Positions 25,985-39,468 of a stretch of DNA of 64,000 nt are shown one piece after another; position 1 is the stretch's first letter; each line of letters starts with the position of its first letter. The translations under genes and the position numbers were made by a program. The notes below the pieces were generated by a model. It saw nothing but the letters and a program-made list of their open reading frames with translations, ran no database searches and was not told where the DNA came from. Source of the DNA: Octopus vulgaris (Eukaryota); contig OX597814.1 in NCBI GenBank assembly GCA_951406725.2, positions 23,684,001-23,748,000 of the forward strand. Direction: 5' to 3'.

Positions 25985-27219
25985 TAAGAGACTTGTGTAT
26001 AAGTGGCTATCATTATGTCTTGTATCTCCTCAAGCAGAACTGATTAGAGCTACTCAAAAAACAACTTCTACACAATCCACGGAGATACTTGAAAACCAAG
26101 ATATTACAAGACAATAAGAAACAAAACTAATGAAGAGATGTCCACATAAATTGCTTAATCTGCAATTAATACTTCTTTTTCTGAAACAAATTTTTATTGC
26201 CTTAGGTGCTAGAACTAAAGTCTGTAATATTTTATTCATAGGTCAACAGGGATTGTCATAGCTAGAGATTCAACTAAATTCTAAAGTTTAATAAAGTACA
26301 ACATAATGTAATCTATAATAGTGGCTCAATGGAAGAGTAATGTATAATTAATGACATGTTCTGCAGCTTATAATTGTATGCCTTACCTAAGGTCACATTC
26401 AATTAAATTTATTTATAGGTTACAGGAAGACATGATAAAAATTTTCTTGTTTGATATTTTTTTATTTCTGGAGTATGTTCATTTCTTCTTTGTAATTTTA
26501 TCTCTTCTTTCAAATGAATCAAATTAATTACAATAATATTTCTTCAAGTGATTCACAGCTAACTGAATTGGTAAGATGATGACCTACGAGCCACTTGATT
26601 TATGGTTTGTCTTTCTTTCCCAATGTTACACTGAGTCAAAACCAAATACACATGACTGTCATAGGCCCAGTTCACTACAGTTCTTAATGGCTAAATCACA
26701 TGTGGAGTGCAGGCTGCACTCTTGACTCTTTTCAGAACTTTGGTGATTGGAGAGAAGTAGAGAAGCTATCTTTTTGCCAAAGATGTGACCTGGTTGCTTG
26801 TAACAGTGGATACTCTAAAGATACCAAAGAGACAGATGGTAATGTTAGAACAGACAGGGTGAGAAATTAAGTCTACCACTTGTTCACTGGTGATGGCATA
26901 AAAGAAATGACCACAATAGGTGCTAAATAGCAAGAAAAGACCATATGGAGATGGTCTGAGAAGCGATTTATTAATTTACAATGTTGACACCATCACATCA
27001 CTAAACTGGCAAAGATATGCTGTTTAGTATCATGAAAACTATGATAAAATATCACAAATAATGTCACTTTCTGATCATATTTGTAGAAGAAGTTAAGTCT
27101 ATGAATTGGTAAAAAAATTGCTTTCCAACACATTTGAGCTCAATGGAAAATGTAAACAACCACTACCACCACCATCACCACCACCAACACCACCACCACC
27201 ACCACCACCACCACTAGCA

Positions 27220-27458
27220 GCATGACACAGTTTGTGATGAAGCTGGCCCTTTGAAATACAAGTATAACAGAAACAGGAAGAAAGAGTGAGAGAAAGTTGT
27301 GGTGAAAGAGTACAGCTGGGATTGCCACCCACCCCCTACCAGAGCCTCATGGAGCTTTAGGTGTTTGCACTCAATAAACACTCTCAACGCCTGATCTGAG
27401 AATTAAAACCGCTATCCTATGACCATGAATCCACTTCCCTAAACACTGGGCCATTGCA

Positions 27459-27460
<2 letters not shown>
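27220..27460 (-). mobile_element. tRNA-derived SINE (35739 family)
   Basis: Reverse-complement match to 35739-35980. Confidence 0.8.
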
Positions 27461-27500
<40 letters not shown>

Positions 27501-27750
27501 TATACATACACACAGAGGGAAAGTAGAGATGAAAACATCCAATCTTTCACTGACTCCACTGTTTAGTATCCAATTTAGTAGAGAAAACTTTACAATTCAC
27601 ATGGGTATATATTAAATTCATAAAAATGAAAAGAAAATGGAGATATACAGTTGTCAATTCAAAAATTAAAATTTATTAACGTAATATTATATTACATTAT
27701 ATTCTTATAATTATATAATATAATATAATAATATAATAAATGTTAAATAC

Positions 27751-27837
27751 AAATTACATACAATTGTTTCGATTCTTACCCATAATAAAATTATAAAAAT
27801 CTATTGTTTGTGGGTAAGAATCTCTTCAGTGTAATTT
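27751..27837 (-). ncRNA. Canonical type I hammerhead ribozyme (Penelope-type minimal stem III)
   Basis: Minus strand reads AAAUUACA CUGAAGA GAUUCUUACCCA-(28 nt)-UGGGUAAGAAUC GAAA CAAUUG UA UGUAAUUU. Stem I is 8 bp and stem II is 12 bp, both perfect, with a GUA cleavage triplet. Confidence 0.9.
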
Positions 27838-28944
27838 TTGATATATGAAGATTCACAGATCGAAGAAAAGACTGAATTTAAATATAATTGTGTTTTCAAG
27901 CATGAGTGTCAATAATTAAGAACAAAAATGAAGTTAAAACATAAAAAATAAAATATGAAAAATAAACTAATATAACGGTCTTAAAATACATTTGTATACT
28001 ATTAAGTATTTTCATCTAAATATATTTTAGTACATTAGTTTTTTAAAATACCAAAAGCAATATTTAAAAAAAATTTTAAAAGAACATGGTAAAATAAATA
28101 TTCCTTTCATTCTTTCATATTATTAAAAATACATTATAATAACAATATGCTATTTAGCTATAGGTAAATGATAAAATAATATATTTAAAATACTTTATCA
28201 TCTCTACTCAAATAGCAAATAATATTATAAATTACATTGCATTAATTATTTATAATAACCCTTACTAAAAATCAAAGATTAATTATCAGAAATTAAGTTG
28301 TTTATATAAGAAAGAAACTTTATAAAATATACTAGCATAATAACATAATTATCATAGAAATTAAATAAACACTGAATTAATTAGTTATCATAGTAACTTC
28401 ATAAATATCCTTTTCGTAATTACTCATTTCCATACTAAAAAGAATAATGCTAAAATTACAATCAAAATTACTTAGCGTTTAAGAGGAAAATATCTCATCA
28501 TAATGTTTATATGCCTTTATACTTAGAAAAGAATAGAAGGGACATAATTTCACAAAAGCAATTTACAAAGTATGTTTTTAATATGGTGTACAATAAATAT
28601 TATTTCTGCGAAAATAATTTTTATCTATACTAATTTTTACATAAATAAATGAAATTTCTTATTTTTCAGAGGACATAGTTCACTTTAGATCAAAATGTTT
28701 ATAATTTAATGCCTTTATACTTACAAAGGAATAATATAATACTAGAAATATATAATAGTTAGAATAGGGTCTACTTTAAAATTTAATTTAAATTAATATA
28801 ATTACATTTAAGATCATTCAATACAAAAGAGCAACTTTAAAACTTCCTAAGGACTTCAATATCATTAATATAATTATTCTTTTCCTATTCTAAAATTACT
28901 TAATTTATTAGAGGATTATAAGATATCGTAATGCTTATAATACA

Positions 28945-29885
28945 CACAGTGCGAGCTGCATCCTTCACTGTCTCACTGCAAAAGTGTGCTTACAATCGGT
29001 ATCTAATTTATTGGAGGAGGGATTTCCCCCACTCAGCTAGGAGTGGGCACCAAATTGGGATGTGAAGCTGCCACCCATGCTACCAGAGCTTATGCCAAGG
29101 TCATCCTCAAACTTGACCTTAAGAATGCCTTCAACTCCATCAGCCACAATGCTCTCCTCAGTAAGAGAGAAGGTCCCACAACTCTACCGCCTTGCATGGC
29201 AGGCTTATTGGGAGCTCTCCTTTCTCTCTTTTGGTGGCCAAATCATCACCTCTGCCCCAGAAGTCCAACAGAGCAACCCACTCAGGTCTACTCTGTTTGC
29301 ACTGGGCATTGATGACATCACCAAGACGGGTGTTGAGTTAGACCTCAACACCTGGTATCTCGACGAGGCTTGTTTGAGAGAACTTCTGGACAAGGTTCTC
29401 ACATTGCTCACATGATGGTTAGGGAGCTTGGTCACTGGGGTCTCCAAGTAAACAGCTTCAGATGTGACCTCTGGATCCTCAACCACCCTGCATCTCAACA
29501 TCAATCAACCATTGACCTTGTGGCAGAGTCCTTCCCTTCCATTGCAGTACCTTCCCCATCGGCTTGGTGCTCTCTAGGTGCCCCAATCACTGACCTTACC
29601 TTTGAGTCTATCTTCCAGTCGAAGGTAACTGCCCTTGAGCAATTGCTGAGAAATATTGAAGCTATCAAACCCCATCAAGGTTTTTTTCATACTTAGGAAT
29701 TACCTTTTAATCCCTAAGCTTCTATATTTAGAGTCAGCTCATCTTACCAACTCATTGTGCCTCCAACGCTTCAACAACCTAATCTTTGAGGGACTCAAAT
29801 GCCTAGTCAATGTCAGACTCTCTCCAATGTCCCACAATCAAGCTGCATTGCCCAAGTGATTTGGAGGTCTTGGTATTTGTAAGTG
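28945..29885 (+). mobile_element. CRE-clade-like non-LTR RT remnant
   Basis: QLGVGTKLGCEAATHATR, ILKLDLKNAFNSI, VQQSNPL, WYLDE and QAALPK*FGGLG across frameshifted ORFs 29043-29859. Confidence 0.78.
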
Positions 29886-29924
29886 TTCGTGCCTCTCTCT
29901 CTCTCCCCTGCTTCCTTTCTTCCA

Positions 29925-30572
29925 CTCACATCTTTATCTACCAAGGTACTGTCAATTTGGATATGTGGTCCCTCTGTTGGGTGATGTTTGGCAGACTCTC
30001 TTCCTCCTGTTCATTGTTTTCATTTAGCAACCTTCCAGAGTGGCATCTCCAAGTCTCTCAGAAGAAGCATTAAATGCAAGTGAGCCTTCATCCATGCGGA
30101 TACATTTCTCTGCTATGACATCAGGATTTTCTATCACACATTGTCTTTCAATTTGAAACACATCAAGTCTCTGATCCTCAAGACACAGAACATTTTCAAA
30201 TCTTACTTATCTGCTTCCCCTCTGGTTAATTAAACCTGTCTCCTAGCTTCCCTTCTGGCAAGCTTAAGTGGTTCCCTGCTACCACCACACTTCCAGTCCT
30301 CCCATGCTTGTTTATTCTTACCTAATGGCTCTGTCAACTACATTGTTCCACCACCTTGTTACCTTAGGGTGAGAGAGGACTTTGCATCAGCCACAGATCT
30401 GGTCAGTAGCCTTCAACAGGATGTCCCATAGAAACCTTAAGTTGTCCTCCACATTATGTGATGCTACATCTTCCTGTTTTCTGTCAAAAGCTTCAAGTAA
30501 TACATCTCTAAATCTCTGTCCCTTCTGAGTATCCTTAAGCTTCCAGACCCTTCTTTTCCATGCTGGTCGTCT
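29925..30572 (-). mobile_element. RTE LINE remnant
   Basis: Homologous to the RTE remnants at 39040-39175 and 43480-44070. Confidence 0.7.
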
Positions 30573-31454
30573 AATATATATATATATATATTCTCATATA
30601 TATATGTATATATATTACTTTATATAATTAAGGGCTCAGTAAAATAATTTACTTTACCACATACTGAAATTTTTAGAAATAGCAGCCAAAAAGTTTCTTT
30701 AGCCATTTCTACTACTTTAAGAAGAATCTCCCTGATAGTGCTTACTCAAAAATAATTCACGTAGATCTGGAGGGAAAACAAAATATTACATGTGCAAAGA
30801 TTATTTGAGAACGCTCACATTTCTAGATTAGCCGAATTAAAACTCGACATTTCTTTCATCAGCTCAACATTTCTTAATTTGGATTTGAAAGCACTAAAAA
30901 TAATGAACATACCCATCCGACATGAATCACCTCAGACGAACATCTCCAAACTGGTAGTGCTAGCGAATTCAAACAGTACAAGTAAAGAATCTATGTATTT
31001 CCCCCTTCCATCCACGTGAGTTAACATGGTTATAACGGTGAGAACCGCAGTAAAAGAGGAACAGGGAGAAATATATGTATATATATATATATATATATTC
31101 AAGAATGTTTCACAACGACTATGACCAGCATCATAACATATGCTACCAAGACCATATTCCACCACCACCACATGAAAGGCCATAACCAATAGTTGAATAA
31201 TTGCTTGTACCAACAGTTGGAGAGTTGCTGCTGCTGCTAACCCAAATGTCAAGCAGTTTAAAATAAAATAGTGAGATCAATTTAAATACACATTTCTTGG
31301 ACTGCTCCCTTCTGAAGATAATTTTTTGCACCTGAAATGTGAATTGTTTTTGTAAAACTCTGCTTTATTAGAAGCTTTCTTAATTTCCCTTTGCTTTCAA
31401 TTTCTGCTTCAGTACTACAGTGCTTTAAGCAAACTACACCACTCTTATATTTAT

Positions 31455-31489
<35 letters not shown>

Positions 31490-31682
31490 CACACATGCAT
31501 CACATGCTTCTCTCAGTTTCCCTCTAACCAAATCCACTCAAGGCTTTGGTCAACCTATGCTACAGCAAAGACACTTGCTTAAGGCTCCACACTGTGGGCT
31601 TACCCCAAAACATATGCACATCCATACACACATATATGTACAGAGAGAGAATGTGAGAGAGAGAGAGAAAGAGAGAAAGAGA

Positions 31683-31743
<61 letters not shown>

Positions 31744-33659
31744 GTCCATTACTTTTCTACTCTTCAACTGTTAATTATACTAAACAATTTGAATTTTTAT
31801 TATTTCTCTAGAGCAAACAATATTTTCCATAAATTCACTTACCAGATATACTGATTTGTGAATTCTACTGGTAAAACTTTCTTGCTTTTAGCTCATCACA
31901 TTTACCTTATGCGAAATAATATAAAAGATTTAAAATCAATGGTGAAACAAATGTGTCTTAATTTCTTTGTATTGATTAAAAGTTGTTTAATTGTCTCCTG
32001 CTAATAATAAAAAAACATCAATGTCTTGATGAAACAATTCATTTATTGAAAGCAGAAATGTAGACTAATTGAGAAAATGGAATGATTTAAGAAAAAAAAA
32101 ATATAAAAGATAACACATTTACCACACATTCAATATCTTTTTATCACATTATTATGACTGATTGGTCGAAGGAATATGAAGTTTTGACAAGGCAGCAAAT
32201 TGATTTTATAGGATAATATTCTGCTGTACATTAGCGAAAATTATTCAAACTATATTTTTATGCTGATCAATTAGGCATTTTTTTTTCTTCTGTTTTCTCA
32301 TATAAATGCACCTGTTGAAACTATTAATGTTCATTATATTATTTTTCCTTTAATGTTTAGTTAATTGCTTTAAAAAAATACCAGTTTGCTATGGGGCAGT
32401 CGTAGAGATATGCCATCAGTATATTATACAAAATTATTTTATAACGAATTTTATCACCTCTCATATCATCCAGTTTATCAATATCATTATTTTAGATAAA
32501 TTAATGCAAAACAAATTATAAATTAATGTCACAACTTTCCTTTACGTTGTTGCTATTTTGTTGCCTTTTTATATACTGCGCAACTAAACAAAGAATGCGT
32601 TTGTTAAACATTAAAACATATTTTAGCTGCATCAATCCATTTCAACATTTGTAATACCTTTTAGTTAAATAGTTTATGTGAACAGAATATATCAGATGAT
32701 TAATATTTTACAACAGCAATATCTTCTAGATACTTTTTGCTCAGCCTGATAAATTTTCAAAAGACATTTTAATGAATTTGCTGATGTGTCACCTATTGAT
32801 AATGATAAATTATATAATACTTGACAAGCAATTTTAACTGAGATTCTAATGTTATTTATTTACAGAACATCTCTACTTTCAAATAACTTTCTTCAAAAGT
32901 GATTCGGTATCCATTAATCCAAATTTTGTCATAGATATTTATTTTTGCCTTTGAGCAAGATATATTATTCAAATTAATTAGTTGGAAAATAATGATTCTA
33001 ACGATAAAAATGGCATTAAGAGGAACATACGCCTTTAAAATGTATTTTCAGATTAGTCAAGTAACACTAACTTAATTTTAATATTATTCACATGATTTTA
33101 GTATTTATTTTGGTTTTGCTGAATTGTTTTCGGAAATGTTACACTGTTATTTATGTATTTAATTAAGTAGAAGAAGTTAACTTCAAAGATTGATTATAAG
33201 TGCTTACCATTTTACTTTACCATTTGCTAATTTCTTAACCTTTTTATTAAAAGGCTGTAAATTAGCAAAGTAGTTTACAATGCCTTGGTGGAATTGTTAT
33301 GCTTCTCTGCGTTCTAAACCCACTAAAGGCACCATTTTGCTGTTTTTTTACCCTTTTGAAGGAGAGAAATAAAAGAACCAACCCATGTCAGTAGATTACC
33401 AGCATCATTAGAGAATTGGATGAAATGTCTTTTAGCATCTGTTCCAGCTCTTCGTATTTCACCAGCAATTATATTGTAATGATACTGGTACCAGGTTATA
33501 GCATCTCTTAAATTTCCTTTGGACCACATCAGTGGTATGAGAAAAGGAAGCAGTGCATGAGCACTGGGGAGAATTTCTGGGTGCTGACCAATGGTCTTTC
33601 AGAGCATATGGTAGCCCTCGTTAGATGCATCTTAACAACAAGTTTTCTTTTAGTATACT

Positions 33660-33850
33660 CATCATCATCATCATCATTTAACGTCTGTTGTCCATGCTGG
33701 CATGGGCTGGATGGTTTGACCAGGGCTGGCAAGTTGGAAGGCTGCACCAGGCTCCAGCCTGATTTGGCATGGTTTCTACAACAGGATGTCCTTCATAACA
33801 CTAACCAATCTGAGAGTATAATGAGTGTTTTTACATGCCACCAGCATGAG
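33660..33850 (-). mobile_element. RTE-type tail repeat
   Basis: (CAT)n followed by tttaacgtctgttgtccatgctggcatggg. Confidence 0.8.
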
Positions 33851-34611
33851 GAGCCATCAGTGTGACACTGCCGTTTGTGTGACGCCAAATATACTGTGTA
33901 TATCAAAGTATGAAGCAGGAAACTACTTGAACAAATGATGCAGTCTTTGATGCAGCTTAGTAAAACTATTAGAGTAGTACACTTCATAATAAGGTTTATT
34001 CTTCAAGCCGAAGGGATGAATAGAAATAAAAACAAAAACAAAAAATGCAAAGCAAACTCAAATTTGAAGTTTCCTGAAGCTTTATATTAAAAGAATTAAT
34101 TTTGAAATATTGCAAGTCTTTGTAAAATATTCCCTATGGAATGTAACTTATATTATTATGGCATAACCTAGGGCTTTGTTAATTCCACTTTTAGTATTTA
34201 TAAATGAATATTCAATTTCTGATAGTCATCTAACCTTCAATATCAATGATTTGTTTCAATCATTCTATCATTTTCTGTTATTTTGTTAGCGTCTCTTCTT
34301 TTATCTACAAAACAGGAAAAAATTTATGAGAAATATACTGATATAAGCATATATACATATATACATACATACAAATAAACATACATGCATACATACATGT
34401 CTGTGTGTGAGTGTGTGTGTATACAGATATGTACATATGCACACACATACACACACATGCACACACATAATAGTTGAGAATTGCCTCACAGTTCATGTAG
34501 TTTCAGGTTCAGCCCCACTTCATACCTTAAGCAAGTATCTGGTCTGCTGAGCACATATGAGTGAAATTAGTTGATGGAAACTGTGCAGAAGCATGTCATA
34601 TTCATACATAC

Positions 34612-34664
<53 letters not shown>

Positions 34665-34869
34665 AAAAATATGGTAAAGTAAAAGAATTATATACATATA
34701 TATATATATATAAAATTTGGCTATTTCTTCAACTGCAAATAAAAGTCTCCAGACAATAGCAGCCAAAAATTTACCATATTTTTACCATATTTTTATAAAT
34801 TAATACTTCAAATATACCGTAAATGGTCTTTACATACCGAATACTTGGTAATTTATAATTATTATTATG

Positions 34870-34967
<98 letters not shown>

Positions 34968-35738
34968 GTATGTGCTTTGTGTTTGTCTCTCACCACTTGA
35001 CAAAACAACACTGGTTAGTTTGTTTCTCTTCCTAAAACTTAATAGTTCAGTAAAAAGAGCCAGTTGGAATAATTACTGGACTTAAAATAAATATTGGGGA
35101 TATATATATTTGACTAAATCCTTGAACGAGGTTCTCTAGCATGACAGTAGTTGAATGACTGAAGCAAGAGAATAAAAGAATGCAAATGCTGATGTGTCTC
35201 TGAACCACAGGCATGGTTGTGTGGTTAAGAAGTTGGCTTCACAACCATAAGGCTTCAGGTTCAGTCACACTCCATGGAACCTTGGGTAAATCTTTTACTG
35301 TAGCACTAAGCCAGCCAATATCTTGTGTGGGAATTTGATAGAGAGAAGCTGTAGGAAGTCAATTATATATATATATATGCAAGGCCAAATGAGTCATCTA
35401 TGAAGATGACTGTGATACAGTGACATCTAGAAGATGAAGATGATACAGTGACATCTAGACCTGCTATTTGCATTAACAGCAATAAAGGCAGATTAACCAG
35501 GTCCTACACTAGTGTAATCACTACGACCAGAGATAATGACCAGTCTGAGACCAGTGACACAGATGAGGTAACCGACGACCCTAGTACCACTGCCACAGAT
35601 GATGGATAAACCATTATCATTGACACCGATAGAGTGACTAGGCTTGCATCATATGTTACCACCAGTACAATCGCTACACCTAGAGAAGATGAGCAATCGA
35701 GGACCAGTGACACAGAGGTGGTATCCTGCATCCCCAGT

Positions 35739-36120
35739 GGAGGCGCAATGGCCCAGTGGTTAGGGCAGCGGACTCGCGGTCATAGAATCGTGGTTTCGAT
35801 TCCCAGACCGGGCGTTGTGAGTGTTTTTTGAGCGAAAACACCTAACGCTTCGCGAGGCTCCGGCAGGGGATGGTGGTGATCCCTGCTGTACTCTTTCACC
35901 ACAACTTTCTCTCACTCTTACTTCCTGTTTCTGTTGTACCTGTATTTCAAAGGGCCGGCCTTGTCACTCTCTGTGTCACGCTGAATATCCCCGAGAACTA
36001 TGTTAAGAGTACACGCGTCTGTGGAGTGCTCAGCCACTTACACGTTAATTTCATGAGCAGGCTGTTCCGTTGATTCGGATCAACCGGAACCCTCATCGTC
36101 GTAACCGACGGAGTGCTTCC
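35739..36120 (+). mobile_element. Young full-length tRNA-derived SINE
   Basis: A box tggcccagtggtta, B box gtttcgattcc, CpGs retained, and a 16-bp TSD atcctgcatccccagt at 35723-35738 and 36121-36136. Confidence 0.93.
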
Positions 36121-36720
36121 ATCCTGCATCCCCAGTACCACCACTGATGATGACCAAACAATTACCATCAACACTGATGGGATGACTCCCACATGAGACA
36201 TCAGGTAGAAAATAATAGACTATCCTGGCCCATATATTAATGGGAGTGGCAGTTGCAACAATCTGCATCGTGGAGAGAACCAAAATTCTTAAGGACTTGG
36301 CTAAATCTGGTACGTTGAAGAGTTGTAAATAAATTTTCTCTAAATGTGTCCATTTCAAGCACTACCTACTGGAAAATTGGATCTCTCCATTTGCTGGTTA
36401 AGCTATCTCAGATCTGTAAGGGTTTTTTTTTATCCTCTTGTTCAGAGGAGATAACCCATCCTCATTAATGTTTTTATATGTTAGCCATTAAATCTCAATA
36501 TCTGAGCATTTTCTCATGTATGTGTGGTAGAAAGTCTTTGTATAAAGTCTGAAGAGCTGTTCACAAGGCTGTGGCTTTTGTGGATACAAAACCTTTGGTA
36601 ACTCTATGACCAGAATTTAACTTTTTGCTTTAATAATTACATCTCTATTCTTTAGAGCATGCTTCTTTTCTGATATATGTTTTATTGACTATATATACAT
36701 ATATACATTATGGTCACTAT

Positions 36721-36850
36721 AGGCGGCGAGCTGGCAGAAACGGTAGCATGCCGGGCGAAATGCGTAGCTGTATTTCGTCTGCCGTTACGTTCTGAGTTCA
36801 AATTTCGCCGAGGTCGACTTTGCCTTAGCCCCTTGTGGGTAGTAAAGAAA
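36721..36850 (+). mobile_element. Internally deleted SINE (8297 family)
   Basis: ggcggcgagctggcagaa head. The tail matches 48739-48765 in reverse complement. Confidence 0.8.
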
Positions 36851-37119
36851 TATATATATACATATATACAAGATAGCAAGCAAAAAATTAGCCTTGATTC
36901 CTTAGCATAGTGTAAATACACAAATGAATTTTCGTACATGAAAATGCACCAGGCCTTTTGTTTGAAAAGTGTCATTGTTCTACTTGAACCTTTTGTAACT
37001 TGAACGGATATTACACATTTATTGACTGTTTGCTACTTTATCCTCACCACATCCTCACCACATCCTCACCACATCAGTTAATTGAAAGTTTGCATTGAGT
37101 GAACATCTCTGGCTTTTGC

Positions 37120-39175
37120 TGCCTGATGATGTACTTTTACATGCTACCAGCACAGAGTGCCAGTTGCGTGATGCCAGTATCTACCATGACTATGATTTTC
37201 ACTCACTTTGATGGATCTTCCTTCTTAAGCACAGCATATTGCCAAAGGTCTCAGTTATTTGTCATTGCCTTCATGAGGCCCAGTGGTTGGAAGGTGCTTT
37301 TTACATGCCACTGGCATGGTTGCTAGTTCCACATCATCAGCATTGGCCACAATACATCTGGGTGGCCCAACACTCAAAAGCTGCTTATTATGTGCCACCA
37401 GCACAGTTGCCTGTTACATGACACCAACAATGTCCACAACAATGATTTCACTTGGTTCGGTAGCTCTTTGCAAGTATGGCATATCGCCAAATGTCTCGGT
37501 TGCTAGTCATTGCTTCCATGAGGCCCAGCATTCAAAGATCATGCCCACAACCTCATCCCATGTCTTCTTGGGATCCCTCTTCCACTGGTAGAGATTGGCA
37601 CATCTTCACACAGCTGCCCACACCCATATGCACCACATACCAATGCAGTCGTTTCTTTTGCACACCACATCCTATACCTCTTATGCCCAACTTTTCTCTC
37701 AAGATGCTTACACTCTGTAGTGCATGCACACTGATATTGCACATCTAGCAAAGTATACTAGTCTCATATCTTTCAAGCCTACGCCTGTCCCCAACAGTCG
37801 TAGCCCAAGTTTCACTGCTGTGTAGCATGGCTGTTCACATACACAGGCATCATACAGTTTTCCATTCACTCTGAGGAAGAGGCCCTTCATTACCAACAGA
37901 GGTAGGAGCTCCTTGAACTTTGCCCCATTTATTCTTATTCTAGCAGCTACACTTTCTGAGCATCCACCCCCACTATTGACTTAGTTACCTAGGCACCTGA
38001 AGATATGAACTACTTCTAGGTTTTCCCCTGGCATTTGATGGAGTCTATTTTTTGCACATTTTTAGTGTTAATCATACCTGTGCACATTCCACACTCAAAA
38101 ACTAGTTTCCCTGTTAACCTTCCTCTGATATTGCTGCACTTTTTATATGTCTATAGCTTACACTGGGTACATCTTACGGAATTTCTACTTACACCTTTTC
38201 TACAGATTGAGCAGGGCCATCTTTCTGAGGGGATATTTGATTTGTCTGCCTTCCTACTTACTAAGACTTTGGTTTTTGCTAGGTTAACTCTAAGGCACTT
38301 CGATTCTAGACCTTTTTTCCACACCTGAAACTTCTTCTCTAGTTCTGGTAGTGATTCAGCTATAAGAACAAGGTTATCAGCATAGAGGAGCTCTCAGGGG
38401 CATCCTGTCTTGAATTCCTCTGTTATTGCCAGGAGGACTATGATGAACAAGAGGGGGCTGAGGACTGATCCTTGGTGAACCCCTACTTCTATCCTGAGTT
38501 CCTCACTATACTTGTTGCCAACTCTCACCTTACTGCCAGCATCCCTGTACATGGCTTGTACAGCTCTCACCAACCACACAACTATCCCTAGTTTCCACAT
38601 TGACCACCAGATAAGGGATCAAGGAACCCTGTCACAAGCTTTCTCAACAAAACCAAGTACAAAGGTTTATCTTTGGCTTGGAACTTCTCCTGTAGCTATG
38701 TTACCAGAAATATAACATCAGCAGTGCTTCTCCCTCGCACAAAAAGCAAATTGCATCTTATCTAAACTAACTCCCTCCCTAATTAGTTGGGCTATGACCC
38801 TTACTCTTGACTTTTCATCATCTGATCCAACAATTTGATACCCCTAATTATTTCTGTCTAATGTGTCACCTTTATCTTTGTGGCAATTGACAATGGTGCT
38901 GCTACACCAGTCATTGGATATGACTCCTTCGTGTATCATCTGATTAGTTATATGGGTGGTTAAACTATTGCCTACACCACAAGACATTTTAAGCATCTCA
39001 GCAGTGATTCCTGATGGGTTTTCTCTGTCTTCATCTCCTTATTTACTTTATCAAGGTACAGTCAACTCGGATAGCTGGTCCTTCAGTTGGGTCAACATTT
39101 TGCAGACTCACCTTCTCCCATTCATTCTCTACATTTAGAAGCCTTTCCAAGCCTCTTTCTTCGCAGTGCATGTGA
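37120..39175 (-). mobile_element. RTE LINE remnant (RT region plus 3' UTR)
   Basis: ORF 38394-38600 gives VGVHQGSVLSPLLFIIVL, followed by ELLYADNLVL and a C-terminal G-R-P motif region. Confidence 0.88.
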
Positions 39176-39179
39176 ACAT

Positions 39180-39468
39180 ACATTTGAGCGAGGTCGTTGC
39201 CAGTGCAGCTGGACTGACTCTTGTGCAGGTGGCACATAAAAAACACCATTTCGAGCGTGGCCATTGCCTGTACTGCCAGACTGGCCCTCGTGCAGGTGGC
39301 ACATAAAAGCACCCACTACACTCTCGGAGTGGTTGGTGTTAGGAAGGGCATCCAGCTGTAGAAACTCTGTCAGATTAGATTGGAGCCTGGTGCAGCCATC
39401 TAGTTTGCCAGTCCTCAGTCAAATCGTCAAACCCATGCTAGTTAAAGGATGATGATGATGATGATGAT
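39180..39468 (+). mobile_element. RTE-type 3' tail repeat
   Basis: gcacccactacactctcggagtggttgg through to (GAT)n. Confidence 0.85.

Noticed and set aside
27600-28940. Possible NUMT
   Set aside because: No mitochondrial tRNA, rRNA or protein motif was recognisable, and the HHR points to a retroelement origin.
33323-33590. Open frame of about 85 codons on the minus strand
   Set aside because: No recognisable homology and weak splice signals.
35739-35815. tRNA gene
   Set aside because: The A and B boxes belong to a SINE head, with a SINE body and TSDs.
37120-39468. Twin-priming 5' inversion of one RTE insertion
   Set aside because: The geometry fits, but the plus-strand tail looks younger (more CpGs) than the minus-strand body and no TSD was found. 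Two insertions are more likely.
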